A stretch of DNA of 64,000 nt, from positions 576,001-640,000 of the forward strand of contig CBDCTZ010000015.1 of assembly GCA_965222375.1 (NCBI GenBank). The letters are read 5' to 3'. The stretch's first letter is position 1, and the number at the start of each line of letters is the position of its first letter. Source of the DNA: Polyangiaceae bacterium. GTDB taxonomy: Bacteria; Myxococcota_A; Polyangia; Polyangiales; Polyangiaceae. Shown in pieces: positions 32,525-42,683 of this stretch. The notes below the pieces were generated by a model. The model saw only the letters and a program-made list of their open reading frames with translations, searched no databases and was not told the origin of the DNA. The position numbers were made by a program, and so were the translations under genes.

Positions 32525-34888
32525 ATGACGATTCGACGAGTAGGCGTGATTGGCGCCGGTGTGATGGGCAGCGGCATCGCCGCACACATGGCCAACGCCA
32601 GCATCGAGGTGGTGCTGCTGGACATCGTGCCGCCAAAGCTCAGCGACACCGAGAAGAAGGATCCGAAGGCGCGTAACGGCTTCGCCGACGGCGGACTAAA
32701 GAAGGCCCTGAAAGCCAAGCCTGCGGCGTTCTTTCACAACAGCCGTGCCGAGCTAGTGACCACTGGGAACTTGGATGATCATTTCGACCTACTCAAGGGC
32801 TGTGACCTGGTGATCGAAGCGATCATCGAGCGCTTGGACATCAAGCAGGATTTGTTCGCCAAGCTCGAGAAAGTGCTGCCCGCACACACCGTCGTCGCGT
32901 CCAACACGTCTGGGCTACGCATCAAAGACATGCTCGAGGGGCGCAGTGCGGGCTTCAAGAAAAACTTCTTGGTGATGCACTTCTTCAACCCGGTTCGCTA
33001 TATGAAGCTTCTCGAACTGGTGGCCGGCCCGGAGACCGACAAGGCCGTGCTTCAGAGCATCGAGGACTTCGGTCGGGAAGTGCTGGGCAAAGGCATCGTC
33101 TACGCCAAGGACACACCAAACTTCGTTGGCAACCGCATCGGTACGCACGCCATGCTCTACGGCATTCAGCAGATGATCGCCGACGAGTTGGCACCGGAGG
33201 ACCTGGACGCCATCACCGGCCTGCCCATGGCCCACCCCAAGAGCGCCAGTTTCCGCACTGCGGACATGGTCGGGCTGGATACGGTGGTACACGTCGCGGA
33301 CAATTGCTACGCCGCGCTCACGGAAGATCCCGAGCGCGACGTGTTCAAGCTGCCCGAGTACATCCGCGAGATGGTCAAGAGCGGGCTGCTCGGGAACAAG
33401 ACCAAGCAGGGCTTTTACAAAAAGAGCAAAGCGGGCATCGAGACCTTCGACCCGTACAAGAAGGAGTACCGTGATAAGGCGGGCAACGCCGAGATCAAGG
33501 GCAAGTGCAAAGAGATCGGCGCGATCGAGGATCCCGCCGAGCGCGTCAAGAAGCTCTTCGAGGACACCGGCCCTGCCGGCACCTTCGCGTGGAAGCTCAC
33601 AGCGCGGGCACTGCTCTACTCGGCGAAGATGATTGGTGAGATCGCCGACAGCATCACTGCCGTCGATGACGCCATGTGCTGGGGCTACAATTGGGAGCTG
33701 GGTCCCTTCCAGAGCTGGGACGCCATGGACTTTGGCGCCGTGCTCGAACGCATGGAAAAGGATGGTCTGGAAATTCCCGACAACATCAAGAAGATGAAGG
33801 CGGCTGGGGCAACCGCGTTCTACAAGGACGGCAAGGTTTTCGAGCTCGCCAAGGGTGAGTACGTGACCCAGAAGACCGATCCCCGCAACAAGACCGTGCG
33901 CACCGTGCGCAATGGCGCAAAGCCCGTGCTCGAAAACGGCAGCGCGGAAGCCTGGGACTTCGGCGACGGCGTGCTCGGGGTCACCTATAAGAGCAAGATG
34001 AACAGCATCGATCCCGAAGTGATCCAGATGCTGAACGACGCAGTCGACCGCGCCGAAAAGGACTTTCGCGCCGTGGTCATCGCCAACGAGGGCGACCACT
34101 TTTCCGTAGGCGCCAACTTGTTCGGCGTCGTCGTCGCAGCTCAACAGAAGCAGTGGGACGAGATCGGCAAGATGGTCAGTGCGCTTCAGAATGCTGGTCA
34201 GCGCATGAAGTACTCGAAGATCCCCGTCGTGGCAGCACCCTACGGTATGGCCGTGGGCGGTGGTCTCGAAGTGTGTATGGCCGCTGACGCAGTCCAAGCC
34301 GCAGCCGAAACCTATGCTGGCTTGGTCGAGGTCGGCGTCGGGCTGATACCAGCCGGCGGCGGTTGCACTGCGTTGGTGTGGCGCGCCCTGGAGGGCATTC
34401 CCGAGGGCGCCGATGTCATCGTGCAGTCCCTGGTGGGCAAGGTGTTTCAGAACATCGCAACCGCGAATGTGGCAACCAGCGCTGGCATGGCCCAGGAGCT
34501 CGGCTACTTCCGCCGCAGCGACGGCATCAGCTTCGACAAGGCACGACTGGTCACCGAAGCGAAGGCTCGGGCGATTGGCATGGCGGAGAGCGGCTACCAC
34601 CCGCGTGCGCCGCGCTCACATAAGCTCCCCGGCGAGAGTGGTATTGCCACCCTCGGCATGCTGGTCGACTCCATGATCGCCGCTGGCTTCGCCACGGAAT
34701 ACGACGGCTTCATCGCGCGCAAGCTCGCCCGCATCCTCTGCGGCGGCGCCGGCGGCGCAGCGCGCCCCGTCACCGAGCAGGACATGTTCGATCTGGAGCG
34801 CGAAGTCTTCCTGAGCCTGTGCGGTGAGGAGAAGACGCTAGACCGCATGCAGCACATGTTGATGAAGAACAAGCCACTGCGGAACTAG
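32525..34888 (+). CDS. fadN: 3-hydroxyacyl-CoA dehydrogenase / enoyl-CoA hydratase family protein (FadN-type)
   Basis: GAGVMGSGIA, SNTSG, HFFNPVRYMKLLE, KDTPNFVGNRIG, GYNWELGPF, GLVEVGVGLIPAGGG, C-terminal KPLRN. Confidence 0.92.
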   Translation: MTIRRVGVIGAGVMGSGIAAHMANASIEVVLLDIVPPKLSDTEKKDPKARNGFADGGLKKALKAKPAAFFHNSRAELVTTGNLDDHFDLLKGCDLVIEAIIERLDIKQDLFAKLEKVLPAHTVVASNTSGLRIKDMLEGRSAGFKKNFLVMHFFNPVRYMKLLELVAGPETDKAVLQSIEDFGREVLGKGIVYAKDTPNFVGNRIGTHAMLYGIQQMIADELAPEDLDAITGLPMAHPKSASFRTADMVGLDTVVHVADNCYAALTEDPERDVFKLPEYIREMVKSGLLGNKTKQGFYKKSKAGIETFDPYKKEYRDKAGNAEIKGKCKEIGAIEDPAERVKKLFEDTGPAGTFAWKLTARALLYSAKMIGEIADSITAVDDAMCWGYNWELGPFQSWDAMDFGAVLERMEKDGLEIPDNIKKMKAAGATAFYKDGKVFELAKGEYVTQKTDPRNKTVRTVRNGAKPVLENGSAEAWDFGDGVLGVTYKSKMNSIDPEVIQMLNDAVDRAEKDFRAVVIANEGDHFSVGANLFGVVVAAQQKQWDEIGKMVSALQNAGQRMKYSKIPVVAAPYGMAVGGGLEVCMAADAVQAAAETYAGLVEVGVGLIPAGGGCTALVWRALEGIPEGADVIVQSLVGKVFQNIATANVATSAGMAQELGYFRRSDGISFDKARLVTEAKARAIGMAESGYHPRAPRSHKLPGESGIATLGMLVDSMIAAGFATEYDGFIARKLARILCGGAGGAARPVTEQDMFDLEREVFLSLCGEEKTLDRMQHMLMKNKPLRN

Positions 34889-34974
34889 CGGGGCTCAGCC
34901 CAGCTGGCCGCACCGGCATGCCAACAGGCATCCTGGCGCGCGTCCTTGCTTTGCCCTCGCCAATATTAGCGACG

Positions 34975-35580
34975 TTAGCACTGCTTCCTGCGGCATAGCG
35001 GCGCGCGCCACGCCATCGGCTGAACGCCCCCCTGCAAGCTCACACGTGCGCCTTTCGAGGCAGTGCTTGGCGCAACCACGTAGCCCTTGCCATCACTTGC
35101 CACGCCCAGGGGTGAAGCAGCGGCCGACAGCATCATCGGTTTCGAGTTGAGAAGGTTGCCCAACGCATCCACACGCACACCCCACGAGCCGGTGCGCGAG
35201 TAGCCGGGAAATACGACCAGGAACTGGTTCCCGCTGGTGGCCAAGAAGGGTTGACCCAAAAAAAACACCAAGGACCGCCAACCGACTCATTGCAGCTGAA
35301 GACAGTACTGTGCACGGAATTGAACTCGACTTTGGGGGACAATGTCCAGCCGTGCACTGAGAGGGGTGGACGAGCAGCTGCGTAGCCCTTGGTGCCAAAC
35401 CCTCCGAGCGTTCCCAGCATGCTCACGCTTCGGGTGCGGACGGAGCTACCCTCGAGCCACGCCGCGAGATATCCGCCATCATTCGCTTTGGAGACCGCAG
35501 CGTGCTCCTCATTCGCGCTCGATGCCGCAACGTGCAGAGGCGCCACGTCAAGCGCCACGCCTTGCGCATCGAGACGCATG
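34975..35580 (-). pseudogene. Fragmentary remnant of a beta-repeat protein, frameshifted near an A8 run
   Basis: Repeat-like segments GMRLDAQGVALD..YLAAW and FLVVF..GVRVDALGNLL..GARVS lie in two frames that switch near 35258-35265. Confidence 0.4.
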
Positions 35581-35670
35581 CCAAGTACATCGCCACTTGC
35601 GCCCGCCGTCGACCGGCGCGTCCATCTTGCTGTGCACACCTTAGAGTTTGCCGTTACACTCACTGGAATC

Positions 35671-36555
35671 ATGGGATTGGCACAGAGGCGGTGCTTGGGT
35701 CTCGGCGCGCTCACGCTAGCGTGCGCGGCCTGCGGCAGCAGTGAAAACGGCGATGCCGCAGTTGGCGGAGCATCCGGTGGCGGGGGCGACGATGCGGGTG
35801 TCGGTGGCGCTTGGGTAACCGGTGGTTACGGAGGGTCCTCGGCAAGCGCCGGAGCAGGTGGCAGTGGAAGCGCCGCTCTCGGCGGCAATGCGGGCCTTGG
35901 CGGAGGCGGCAGCGCGGGCGTCGGTGGTGGAAGCAGCGGAAGCGCGGGAGTTGGGGGTTCCGGCGGCGCGAGCACCTGGAACTGCTCGGGGACGTGTCTT
36001 GGTCTGTGCACGAATGTGATCGCAGCCGCGTGTACTTCTTCGGATCCAACCCTCTCGTCGCAGACCGCATGCGAGAGCGCTTGCCAAGAACTGGCCGGCA
36101 AGAATCCAAAGGAATGCGATTGCGATTGGAAGAACGTCCTCGAATGCGCCTCCGCCAGCTCGGTGCAATGCCCGAAGCAGACCTGCGTTGGTGGTGTGTG
36201 CGTGAATGAGCCGATAAAGTTCCTCGGCTGCGAGACCGAATTGGCAGTGTACGAGCTGTGCTCGACACCCTGCTTGCGAGAGGGTGCGCATGTTGGAGGC
36301 GGCTTGGGCGGCACAGGCGGCCTTCCGGGTTCCTATGAGCAGGCCGGCACACAATGCGCGTGTCCGGACCCGCTGAAACCGGGGGCACCCCCCGGCGCTC
36401 CTTGCCAAGACTTCTCCGACTGCGCTGAACACTGCTGCGACTGCCCCAAAGACAAGGGCAAGTACCGCACCCGCCTGTGCTTGAACGGCAAGTGCGCTTC
36501 CGCGACTGTGGCGTGCGAAAGCCCAGAGCCAGGGATTTGCTACGTGAATCCATGA
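35671..36555 (+). CDS. Gly-linker Cys-rich lipoprotein
   Basis: Signal ending ACAAC, Gly/Ser linker, >20 Cys. Confidence 0.75.
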   Translation: MGLAQRRCLGLGALTLACAACGSSENGDAAVGGASGGGGDDAGVGGAWVTGGYGGSSASAGAGGSGSAALGGNAGLGGGGSAGVGGGSSGSAGVGGSGGASTWNCSGTCLGLCTNVIAAACTSSDPTLSSQTACESACQELAGKNPKECDCDWKNVLECASASSVQCPKQTCVGGVCVNEPIKFLGCETELAVYELCSTPCLREGAHVGGGLGGTGGLPGSYEQAGTQCACPDPLKPGAPPGAPCQDFSDCAEHCCDCPKDKGKYRTRLCLNGKCASATVACESPEPGICYVNP

Positions 36556-37586
36556 ACCGACTCGCCATCCACCTCGGTTGCGGCATCGGCTGGGCGCGCG
36601 GGGCGCTACTTCTCTCCTTCTTGGTCGCTGCGTGCGGCGCCCGCACCGTGGCGGACGATTCAAGCGCGAAGGAGGTCGCCACGCCCATCTTCCCGGTCGG
36701 GACGTACACCAATTGCGCCCGGGGAGTTAAGAACCTGGATGGCAACGTCTTCTTGAACGTAAGCGGTTTCGAGTCCGGCGCACGCCTGACGCTGACGCAA
36801 TCCGGGCGAACAGTAACTGCCGAGTACGTCGAGCATAGCGGAGAGGCTAGCTTGCTGGATTTTGTCGTCAGCACGAACACGGCGGCGACTCTTGCTGCAG
36901 CAGGGCAAGTGGCTCCTGGCTCGTCAGGTCTGTGCGTTCTCGGAGTGGGCGTAGGGAACCAGCAGTCGCACGCGGCGGAATTCAGCGCCAACGCAGGCGC
37001 GTTGACGTACGATTCGGGAACAGTCTTCGTCACTCTGCAGGGAACCATCAGAGGCGACCTTGGGCCGTGCGGCTCGCAGACATCACCCTCCAGCTCGTGG
37101 CTGTTGTGCCAGAACGGCCCCCCACCGCCGCCCGTTGACGCACCAGCGGTGTCCTCCAAGCACCACCAATTGCCCGTCGGCAACTATGCTTGCAGCTCGC
37201 AGATCGGAACGTTCCAGAAGGGCGATGGTTTCAACCAGTATGTTGCAAGCGGAGGGGATGGCGGCTCGCTCATGCTGACGCAGAGCGGTGAAGAGCTAGC
37301 CGCGATCTATAGCGGCGACTCACATGTCGCAGGCTCCTCGCGGTGGAGAGCCACGACGGGCACCACGGCGACACCCGACGTGAACCAGCACTTGACGGCC
37401 CCCTGCGCAGTTCTCACCGACCCAGGAGGTACACCGTCGCAAACTCCCGGGCGGCTGGCCCTCACCAGCGGCTCACTCACCGTCTTCGAATCTGCGCTCT
37501 TTCTCTCGTTCGCTGGCGTCATGGGCGCAGACTCCCCATGCCCCGGCGCACAGAAGGCGGGAAGCCTCCTCTGCTCGAAGCAATGA
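36552..37586 (+). CDS. Lipoprotein with two tandem copies of an unknown beta-rich domain
   Basis: Lipobox VAAC; PVGTY..C / PVGNY.C and LTLTQSG..VTAEY / LMLTQSG..LAAIY; ATGA overlap. Confidence 0.75.
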   Translation: MNRLAIHLGCGIGWARGALLLSFLVAACGARTVADDSSAKEVATPIFPVGTYTNCARGVKNLDGNVFLNVSGFESGARLTLTQSGRTVTAEYVEHSGEASLLDFVVSTNTAATLAAAGQVAPGSSGLCVLGVGVGNQQSHAAEFSANAGALTYDSGTVFVTLQGTIRGDLGPCGSQTSPSSSWLLCQNGPPPPPVDAPAVSSKHHQLPVGNYACSSQIGTFQKGDGFNQYVASGGDGGSLMLTQSGEELAAIYSGDSHVAGSSRWRATTGTTATPDVNQHLTAPCAVLTDPGGTPSQTPGRLALTSGSLTVFESALFLSFAGVMGADSPCPGAQKAGSLLCSKQ

Positions 37587-37596
37587 CGAACCCCCG

Positions 37597-38046
37597 TCAG
37601 CGTCTATAAACACCACTGATGAACGACTCAAGCTCACTGCTGAGCTGAATCGCGTGGTCGAGGTGGAGCTGCAACACGTCGATGCGCGTGATGATTCCAC
37701 AGAGCTCGCCATCTTTGAGCACAGGAAGATGGCGCAGATGCGTCTCGATCATCAACCGTTCCACCTCCCGCAGGCTGGCATCCTCTGTTGCCGTCGGAGG
37801 GTTCTTGATCATAACGTCAGCGACCGTCTTGGTTGCGAGCCCATCCGGCTCGGTACCGGCCACTTGCATGACCTCACGCCAAGTGATGATCCCCGCCACA
37901 CCACCGTGGTTGGGAATCACGAGGGAGTTCACCTCCTTCTCGAGCATGATCCGGGCACACTCGGTAAGCGGCTTGCCTGGCTCTATCGTATGGACAGTGC
38001 GGCCCTTTTTCTCGAGGAGCTCGCGAACGCCGGTAATCACATCCAT
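37597..38046 (-). CDS. CBS-domain pair protein
   Basis: GIITWRE..V.DVM, LRHLPVL..GELCGIITRID; GGAGG RBS. Confidence 0.9.
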   Translation of the reverse strand: MDVITGVRELLEKKGRTVHTIEPGKPLTECARIMLEKEVNSLVIPNHGGVAGIITWREVMQVAGTEPDGLATKTVADVMIKNPPTATEDASLREVERLMIETHLRHLPVLKDGELCGIITRIDVLQLHLDHAIQLSSELESFISGVYRR

Positions 38047-38070
38047 GTCAGCACCTCCCGAGTATCCGGT

Positions 38071-38086
38071 AGCAAGCCGCGTACCA
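38071..38086 (-). promoter_or_regulatory. Sigma54 -24/-12 promoter of the CBS gene
   Basis: Minus strand TGGTACG-CGGC-TTGCT, near-perfect match to TGGCACG-N4-TTGCW. Confidence 0.75.
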
Positions 38087-38096
38087 CCAAACGCCG

Positions 38097-38264
38097 CTAT
38101 GGCGTTTGTCGCCTTCCGTAAACTCGTCGATGGGCGCAACTGCACTCGCTGCCGGAGCCACCGCATGAGCCTCGCAGTGCTGTTCCGTTTAGAAACAACC
38201 CCAGCGCCAGGCCGCCCATCGTCAGCGCAACGAGCACCACCGCCGCAAGTATCGTCAGCATCAT
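38097..38264 (-). CDS. nqrM: Na+-NQR maturation protein NqrM
   Basis: Single TM helix followed by LRGSCGG and CSC; directly downstream of apbE. Confidence 0.75.
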   Translation of the reverse strand: MMLTILAAVVLVALTMGGLALGLFLNGTALRGSCGGSGSECSCAHRRVYGRRQTP

Positions 38265-38265
38265 T

Positions 38266-39387
38266 TCAGGCACCTCCCCGCGAAGAACGCGCAAGTTCTG
38301 CAGGGAACCCCGGGGTAGCGCGCACGACGAGCGAGTCGCCGCGCTTGGAGACGAAGCGCGCGGCGAGCCCGCGCTGAACGGCCAGCTCGTAGCCTTGACG
38401 CTCACCGAGGACGTGCAGGGCCGTGGCCCAGGCGTCCGCCAATGCGGCACTCGCATGCACCACGCTCACCGAAACGACGGTGTGCTCGACAGGATATCCC
38501 GTACGCGGATCGATCAGATGTGAAACGCGACCCTGGGGCAGCATACGGAAGTTGCGATAGCTTCCGGAGGTCGCAATCGCCAGATCAGTCAGCTCGACGG
38601 CGGACGCAACTGCCCGCGAGTGCGGCTCGGGACTCTCGATACCCACGCGCCAGGCACGCCCGCTTCCGCTCCTGCCGCGCGCCAGGAGCTCGCCGCCAAT
38701 CTCGATCAGAAAGTTGCGGTAACCAAGGGCTTGTAGAGCACCACCCACGTCATCAATGGCTTGACCCTTCGCGATGGCAGACAGGTCACAACGCGCGTGT
38801 GCGCGGTGCTTGACCAAACGCTGTGCGGTGTGGTCCGTCGACAAGAAGGCGTGCCCAACCTTTTCCCGTGCACTGGCGACCTCTCGCTGGGTCGGCGGGG
38901 ACGAAGTGGGCTCTCGTGGTCCGAAACCCCACAGCTCGACCAGAGGGCCGACGCTTGGGTCGAGTGCCCCATGGCTGGCTCGACTCACCTCCAACGCCAG
39001 GTCGACCAAAGACAAGGTGGCCTTCGAAACGGGGACGCCGCCTGGCTCGGAACGACTATTGAAGCGTGATAGCTCGGAGGTCGGTTCATAGGTTGAGAAG
39101 CGCGTGCGCGCGCGGGCGAGCACGTCGCTGATCGCCCCCGCGACGCGCGTGCGCTCCTGGGGCGACAGCGCTCCCGCCAGTTTGACACGATAGCTGGTCC
39201 CCATGGTGGAGCCGGAAAAGCTTGAGTCTTGCCCGGACGGCGCCCGCCCGTACACGGCAAGGCTTGCGAGGGACAGCACGACCAGCACAGAGATCCATGC
39301 CTTGCGCGCACGCGCAGGGAGCTGGGGGCCACGGCGAGGGGCCCGCTTGCCAACCTGACTGCGGGATCTAGAACTCGTCATAGGCAA
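38266..39387 (-). CDS. apbE: FAD:protein FMN transferase ApbE (start uncertain)
   Basis: GSTMGT, SELSRFN, DLSAIAKG, EIGGE, ATSGSY, HLIDPRTG, ADAWATAL. Confidence 0.95.
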   Translation of the reverse strand: MPMTSSRSRSQVGKRAPRRGPQLPARARKAWISVLVVLSLASLAVYGRAPSGQDSSFSGSTMGTSYRVKLAGALSPQERTRVAGAISDVLARARTRFSTYEPTSELSRFNSRSEPGGVPVSKATLSLVDLALEVSRASHGALDPSVGPLVELWGFGPREPTSSPPTQREVASAREKVGHAFLSTDHTAQRLVKHRAHARCDLSAIAKGQAIDDVGGALQALGYRNFLIEIGGELLARGRSGSGRAWRVGIESPEPHSRAVASAVELTDLAIATSGSYRNFRMLPQGRVSHLIDPRTGYPVEHTVVSVSVVHASAALADAWATALHVLGERQGYELAVQRGLAARFVSKRGDSLVVRATPGFPAELARSSRGGA

Positions 39388-40594
39388 TGTTCTCCGCCTC
39401 GACGCCGATGTCAGTCAGCATGGCTCTGCAGGCCTGGATCATTTGCGGGGGGCCACACAGATAGAATTCCACGTCCTCTGGAGCGGGGTGAGTGGCCAGG
39501 TAGTCGTCGAACACTACCTGGTGAATGAACCCCGTTGCGCCGGTCCAATCGTCCTCGGGTAGTGGCTCCGAGAGCGCTAGATGAAAGCTGAAGTTCGGAT
39601 GCTCGCGAGCTAGCCTCTCGAAGTCCGAAACGTAGAATGCCTCACGTAGGCTGCGCGCGCCGTACCAGAATGACAATTTGCGAGCCGTCTGGACCCGGTG
39701 AATCTGGTCAAAGATCATCGAGCGCAGCGGTGCCATGCCTGCGCCGCCACCGACAAAGACCATTTCCGCTTTCGTCTCTTTCACGAAGAAGTCGCCGTAG
39801 GGGCCAGAAATCTCGACGTCGTCCCCCGGCTCCAACCCGAACAGCCACGACGAGGCCTTCCCAGGTGGCGCCCCGGGCGCACCCGCTGGCGGAACTGCAA
39901 TTCTCACGTCGAGCATCACCACACCCGTTTCCGTGGGAGCGCTGGCAATCGAGTACGCTCGATAGACTGTTTCACTTTCGGCAACCTCGGAGGTCAGGGA
40001 CCACAGATCTTGCTGACTCCAGGTCGCTTGGAACTGCTCTCCTACGACTATGTCGCGATAGGACATGCGGTGAGGGGGCACCTGTACCTGAATGTAGCCG
40101 CCCGCGTGATAGGGAACCGACTCCCCCTCGGGCAGCTCCAACACCAACTCCTTGATGAAGGTCGCCACGCTTTCGTTGCTGCGCACTTTGCACTGCCAGC
40201 GCCGGGTGCCCAGTACTGCTTCCGGTAATTCGATGCGCATGTCTTCGCGAACCTTGATTTGGCAAGACAGGCGAACGCCGCGCCGCTCCTCGCCTCGGCT
40301 CACGAGAGAGCGCTCAGTCGGCAGGAGCCGGCCACCGCCGTCCGCAACGACAACCTTGCACACGCCACAAGTCCCTTTGCCGCCACATGCTGAGGGAAGG
40401 AACACCTCTCGAGCTGCCAACGTCGACAGCAGGGTTTCCCCGACTGGCGCTTTCAGCTCGCGGGTCGGATCATCGTTGATGCTCAGCCGGGCCGAACCAC
40501 TCGGCGCTAGGCGAGCCTTCGCCGCCAGCAGCGTGGCCACCAGCGCGAGCACGATGACCGTGAACGCCAGCGCTCCGACAACGACCGTCAACAT
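39368..40594 (-). CDS. nqrF: Na+-translocating NADH:quinone reductase subunit F
   Basis: SACGGKGTCGVC..RLSCQ [2Fe-2S], ATFIKEL, RAYS, GGGAGMAPLRS, YLCGPP. Confidence 0.96.
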   Translation of the reverse strand: MLTVVVGALAFTVIVLALVATLLAAKARLAPSGSARLSINDDPTRELKAPVGETLLSTLAAREVFLPSACGGKGTCGVCKVVVADGGGRLLPTERSLVSRGEERRGVRLSCQIKVREDMRIELPEAVLGTRRWQCKVRSNESVATFIKELVLELPEGESVPYHAGGYIQVQVPPHRMSYRDIVVGEQFQATWSQQDLWSLTSEVAESETVYRAYSIASAPTETGVVMLDVRIAVPPAGAPGAPPGKASSWLFGLEPGDDVEISGPYGDFFVKETKAEMVFVGGGAGMAPLRSMIFDQIHRVQTARKLSFWYGARSLREAFYVSDFERLAREHPNFSFHLALSEPLPEDDWTGATGFIHQVVFDDYLATHPAPEDVEFYLCGPPQMIQACRAMLTDIGVEAENIAYDEF

Positions 40595-40604
40595 TTGCGC
40601 CCCC

Positions 40605-41219
40605 TCATAGCCGCACCCCGGCGAACGCCATGAAGCACATCGCCATCAAACCCGTAGCGATAAACGTGATACCAAGCCCGCGCAGACCCGCTGGCACGTT
40701 GCTGTAGCGGAGGCGCTCCCGCACAGCGCCCAGCGCGATCACCGCCAGCGCCCACCCGACGCCGGACCCAACACTGAAGGACAGGCTTTCAGAAAATGTG
40801 TAATCGCGTTCTGCCATGAACAGCGACGCGCCCAAGATTGCGCAGTTCACCGCGATCAAGGGCAGGAACACGCCGAGAGATGCCGACAGTCGTGGCAACT
40901 TCCGATCCATGAAGATCTCCACGACCTGCACCGTGGCAGCAATGGTTCCGATGAAGACCAAGTACACCAAAAAGGACAGATCCACGGAACCTAGGGCCGG
41001 ATGCAACCACGCGAGAGCGCCTTCTCGCAGAACGTAAGTGAGGAAGAGCTGGTTCAGCGGGCACGTGAGGGTCAGCACAAAGAGGACCGCCATGCCGAGA
41101 CCGAAAGCGGTCTCGAGCCGGCGCGAAACTGCCAGGAAGGAACACAGCCCTAGGAAGAAGGCGAGCGCCATGTTGTCTACAAAGGCGGCGCGCAGGGCAA
41201 TGCTCAGATAGTGCTCCAT
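40605..41219 (-). CDS. nqrE: Na+-NQR subunit E
   Basis: MEHYLS, NMALAFFLGLCSFLAVS, LPLIAVNCAI, GLGITFI. Confidence 0.96.
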   Translation of the reverse strand: MEHYLSIALRAAFVDNMALAFFLGLCSFLAVSRRLETAFGLGMAVLFVLTLTCPLNQLFLTYVLREGALAWLHPALGSVDLSFLVYLVFIGTIAATVQVVEIFMDRKLPRLSASLGVFLPLIAVNCAILGASLFMAERDYTFSESLSFSVGSGVGWALAVIALGAVRERLRYSNVPAGLRGLGITFIATGLMAMCFMAFAGVRL

Positions 41220-41220
41220 C

Positions 41221-41898
41221 TCACTCTCCTGGTGCCTCGGCGAGTTCCTCGGGTTCCTCGATGACAACCGTCGCTTCTTCCTCGACTTGCTCCGGCTTCC
41301 AGGTGCGCAAGCCCCAGATCAGCAGTCCGATGATGAAGAAAGCCGCGGGCGCAAGCACTGCGAGGCCGTTCGGCACGTACCAGCCTCCGTCCTGGACCAA
41401 GGGCAGGATCGGAACATCGAGCAATGTGCCAGCGCCAAGGAGCTCACGCACGCCGCCGACGATGACGAGGACGAGGCTGTACCCGACCGAGTTGCCCAGG
41501 CCATCGAGCAGGCTGGGTAGAGGTGCGTTCTTCATCGCGAAGGCCTCAGCGCGCCCCATCACGATGCAATTCGTGATGATCAGCCCAACGAACACACTGA
41601 GTTGTTTGCTGATCCCGTAGACGTAGGCCTTGAGCACTTGATCCGTCACGATAACGAGCGACGCGATGATCGTGAGTTGGATGATGATTCGAACCTCTCG
41701 CGGGATGGACCGGCGCAGCACACTCACAGAGACGTTCGCCAAAGTGAGCACGGCGGTCAGGGCGGCAGACATCACCAGCGCAGTTTCAAGCTTGGCGGTT
41801 ACTGCCAAAGCCGAACAGATGCCTAGCACCTGAATCGTGATCGGGTTGTCGTTGAACAACGGATCGATCAACGTCTTGCGATGGCTGCTCACCGTCAT
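41221..41898 (-). CDS. nqrD: Na+-NQR subunit D
   Basis: [40 protein letters not shown]. Confidence 0.96.
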   Translation of the reverse strand: MTVSSHRKTLIDPLFNDNPITIQVLGICSALAVTAKLETALVMSAALTAVLTLANVSVSVLRRSIPREVRIIIQLTIIASLVIVTDQVLKAYVYGISKQLSVFVGLIITNCIVMGRAEAFAMKNAPLPSLLDGLGNSVGYSLVLVIVGGVRELLGAGTLLDVPILPLVQDGGWYVPNGLAVLAPAAFFIIGLLIWGLRTWKPEQVEEEATVVIEEPEELAEAPGE

Positions 41899-42683
41899 GG
41901 TGGAGCCTCCCGGCGCAATCGATTCAGGTACGGGCCGTAGCCCTCCGGCCCTAACCAGAACTCGAGCATGTTGGAGACGCCGTTTGCCGTCAGAGTTGCT
42001 CCCGACAAGCCGTCCACTCGGAAGGGGTCCGAATCTGGCGGTCCCGCCCGTCCTTTGATCACGCGCAGACGCACCTTGCCTGCTTGGTCGAAGATCTTGC
42101 GGCCGTCCCAGCCCGCCTGCCAGCGCGGATCGTCGATTCCGTCTCCCAAGCCGGGCGTTTCAGCGTGCTCGTAGAAGGTGATGCCTCGAACCGTCGTGCC
42201 GTCCGCTGAAAGCGCCAGGTAGCCACGCAGCGTAGACCACAAGCCCAAACCCTCCATCGGCAATATCAGCCGGTCGACGCTCCCCGCCTGCTCAACCAAG
42301 TACACCAGGACGTGGTGCGGGAGACGCGCGACGTTTGCCTCGTTCTCTGAGGCCCTCCGACTCGTCGTCGGATCTCTGGCCGCGCGGCGAGGGTCGTAGG
42401 TCGCCAGATCGACTTCAGGCGCATCAGCGCCAGTCGCGAGTTCGATGGCCACGACTCGTACGTTGTCTTGAAACAGTCGCCGGATTTCGGCGCGCTCTGG
42501 TGGCTGCCCGGGTTCGACCAGGCCGGCGACCTCCAGGACTCGAGTCTGACGGTCTAGTTCCCGATTCTCAATCTGCCGCGGACGCAACAGCACGGCGGAG
42601 CCCGCCACGGCCAAGGAGCAGAACGCACACACCACCGCCGCGAATCGCAGCGTGTGCCACTTTCCTCGCTCAGGTGCGGTCAC
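41895..42683 (-). CDS. nqrC: Na+-NQR subunit C
   Basis: [15 protein letters not shown]-attachment DGLSGATLT. Confidence 0.95.
   Translation of the reverse strand: MTAPERGKWHTLRFAAVVCAFCSLAVAGSAVLLRPRQIENRELDRQTRVLEVAGLVEPGQPPERAEIRRLFQDNVRVVAIELATGADAPEVDLATYDPRRAARDPTTSRRASENEANVARLPHHVLVYLVEQAGSVDRLILPMEGLGLWSTLRGYLALSADGTTVRGITFYEHAETPGLGDGIDDPRWQAGWDGRKIFDQAGKVRLRVIKGRAGPPDSDPFRVDGLSGATLTANGVSNMLEFWLGPEGYGPYLNRLRREAPP

Noticed and set aside
32915..34600. 561-aa minus-strand ORF
   Set aside because: Antisense shadow of fadN in high-GC DNA
34934..34950. TGGCGCG...TTGCT as a sigma54 promoter
   Set aside because: GG-to-GC spacing is 11 rather than 10 and no plus-strand gene follows
35711..37183. 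490-aa and 315-aa minus-strand ORFs
   Set aside because: Shadows of the two plus-strand lipoprotein genes
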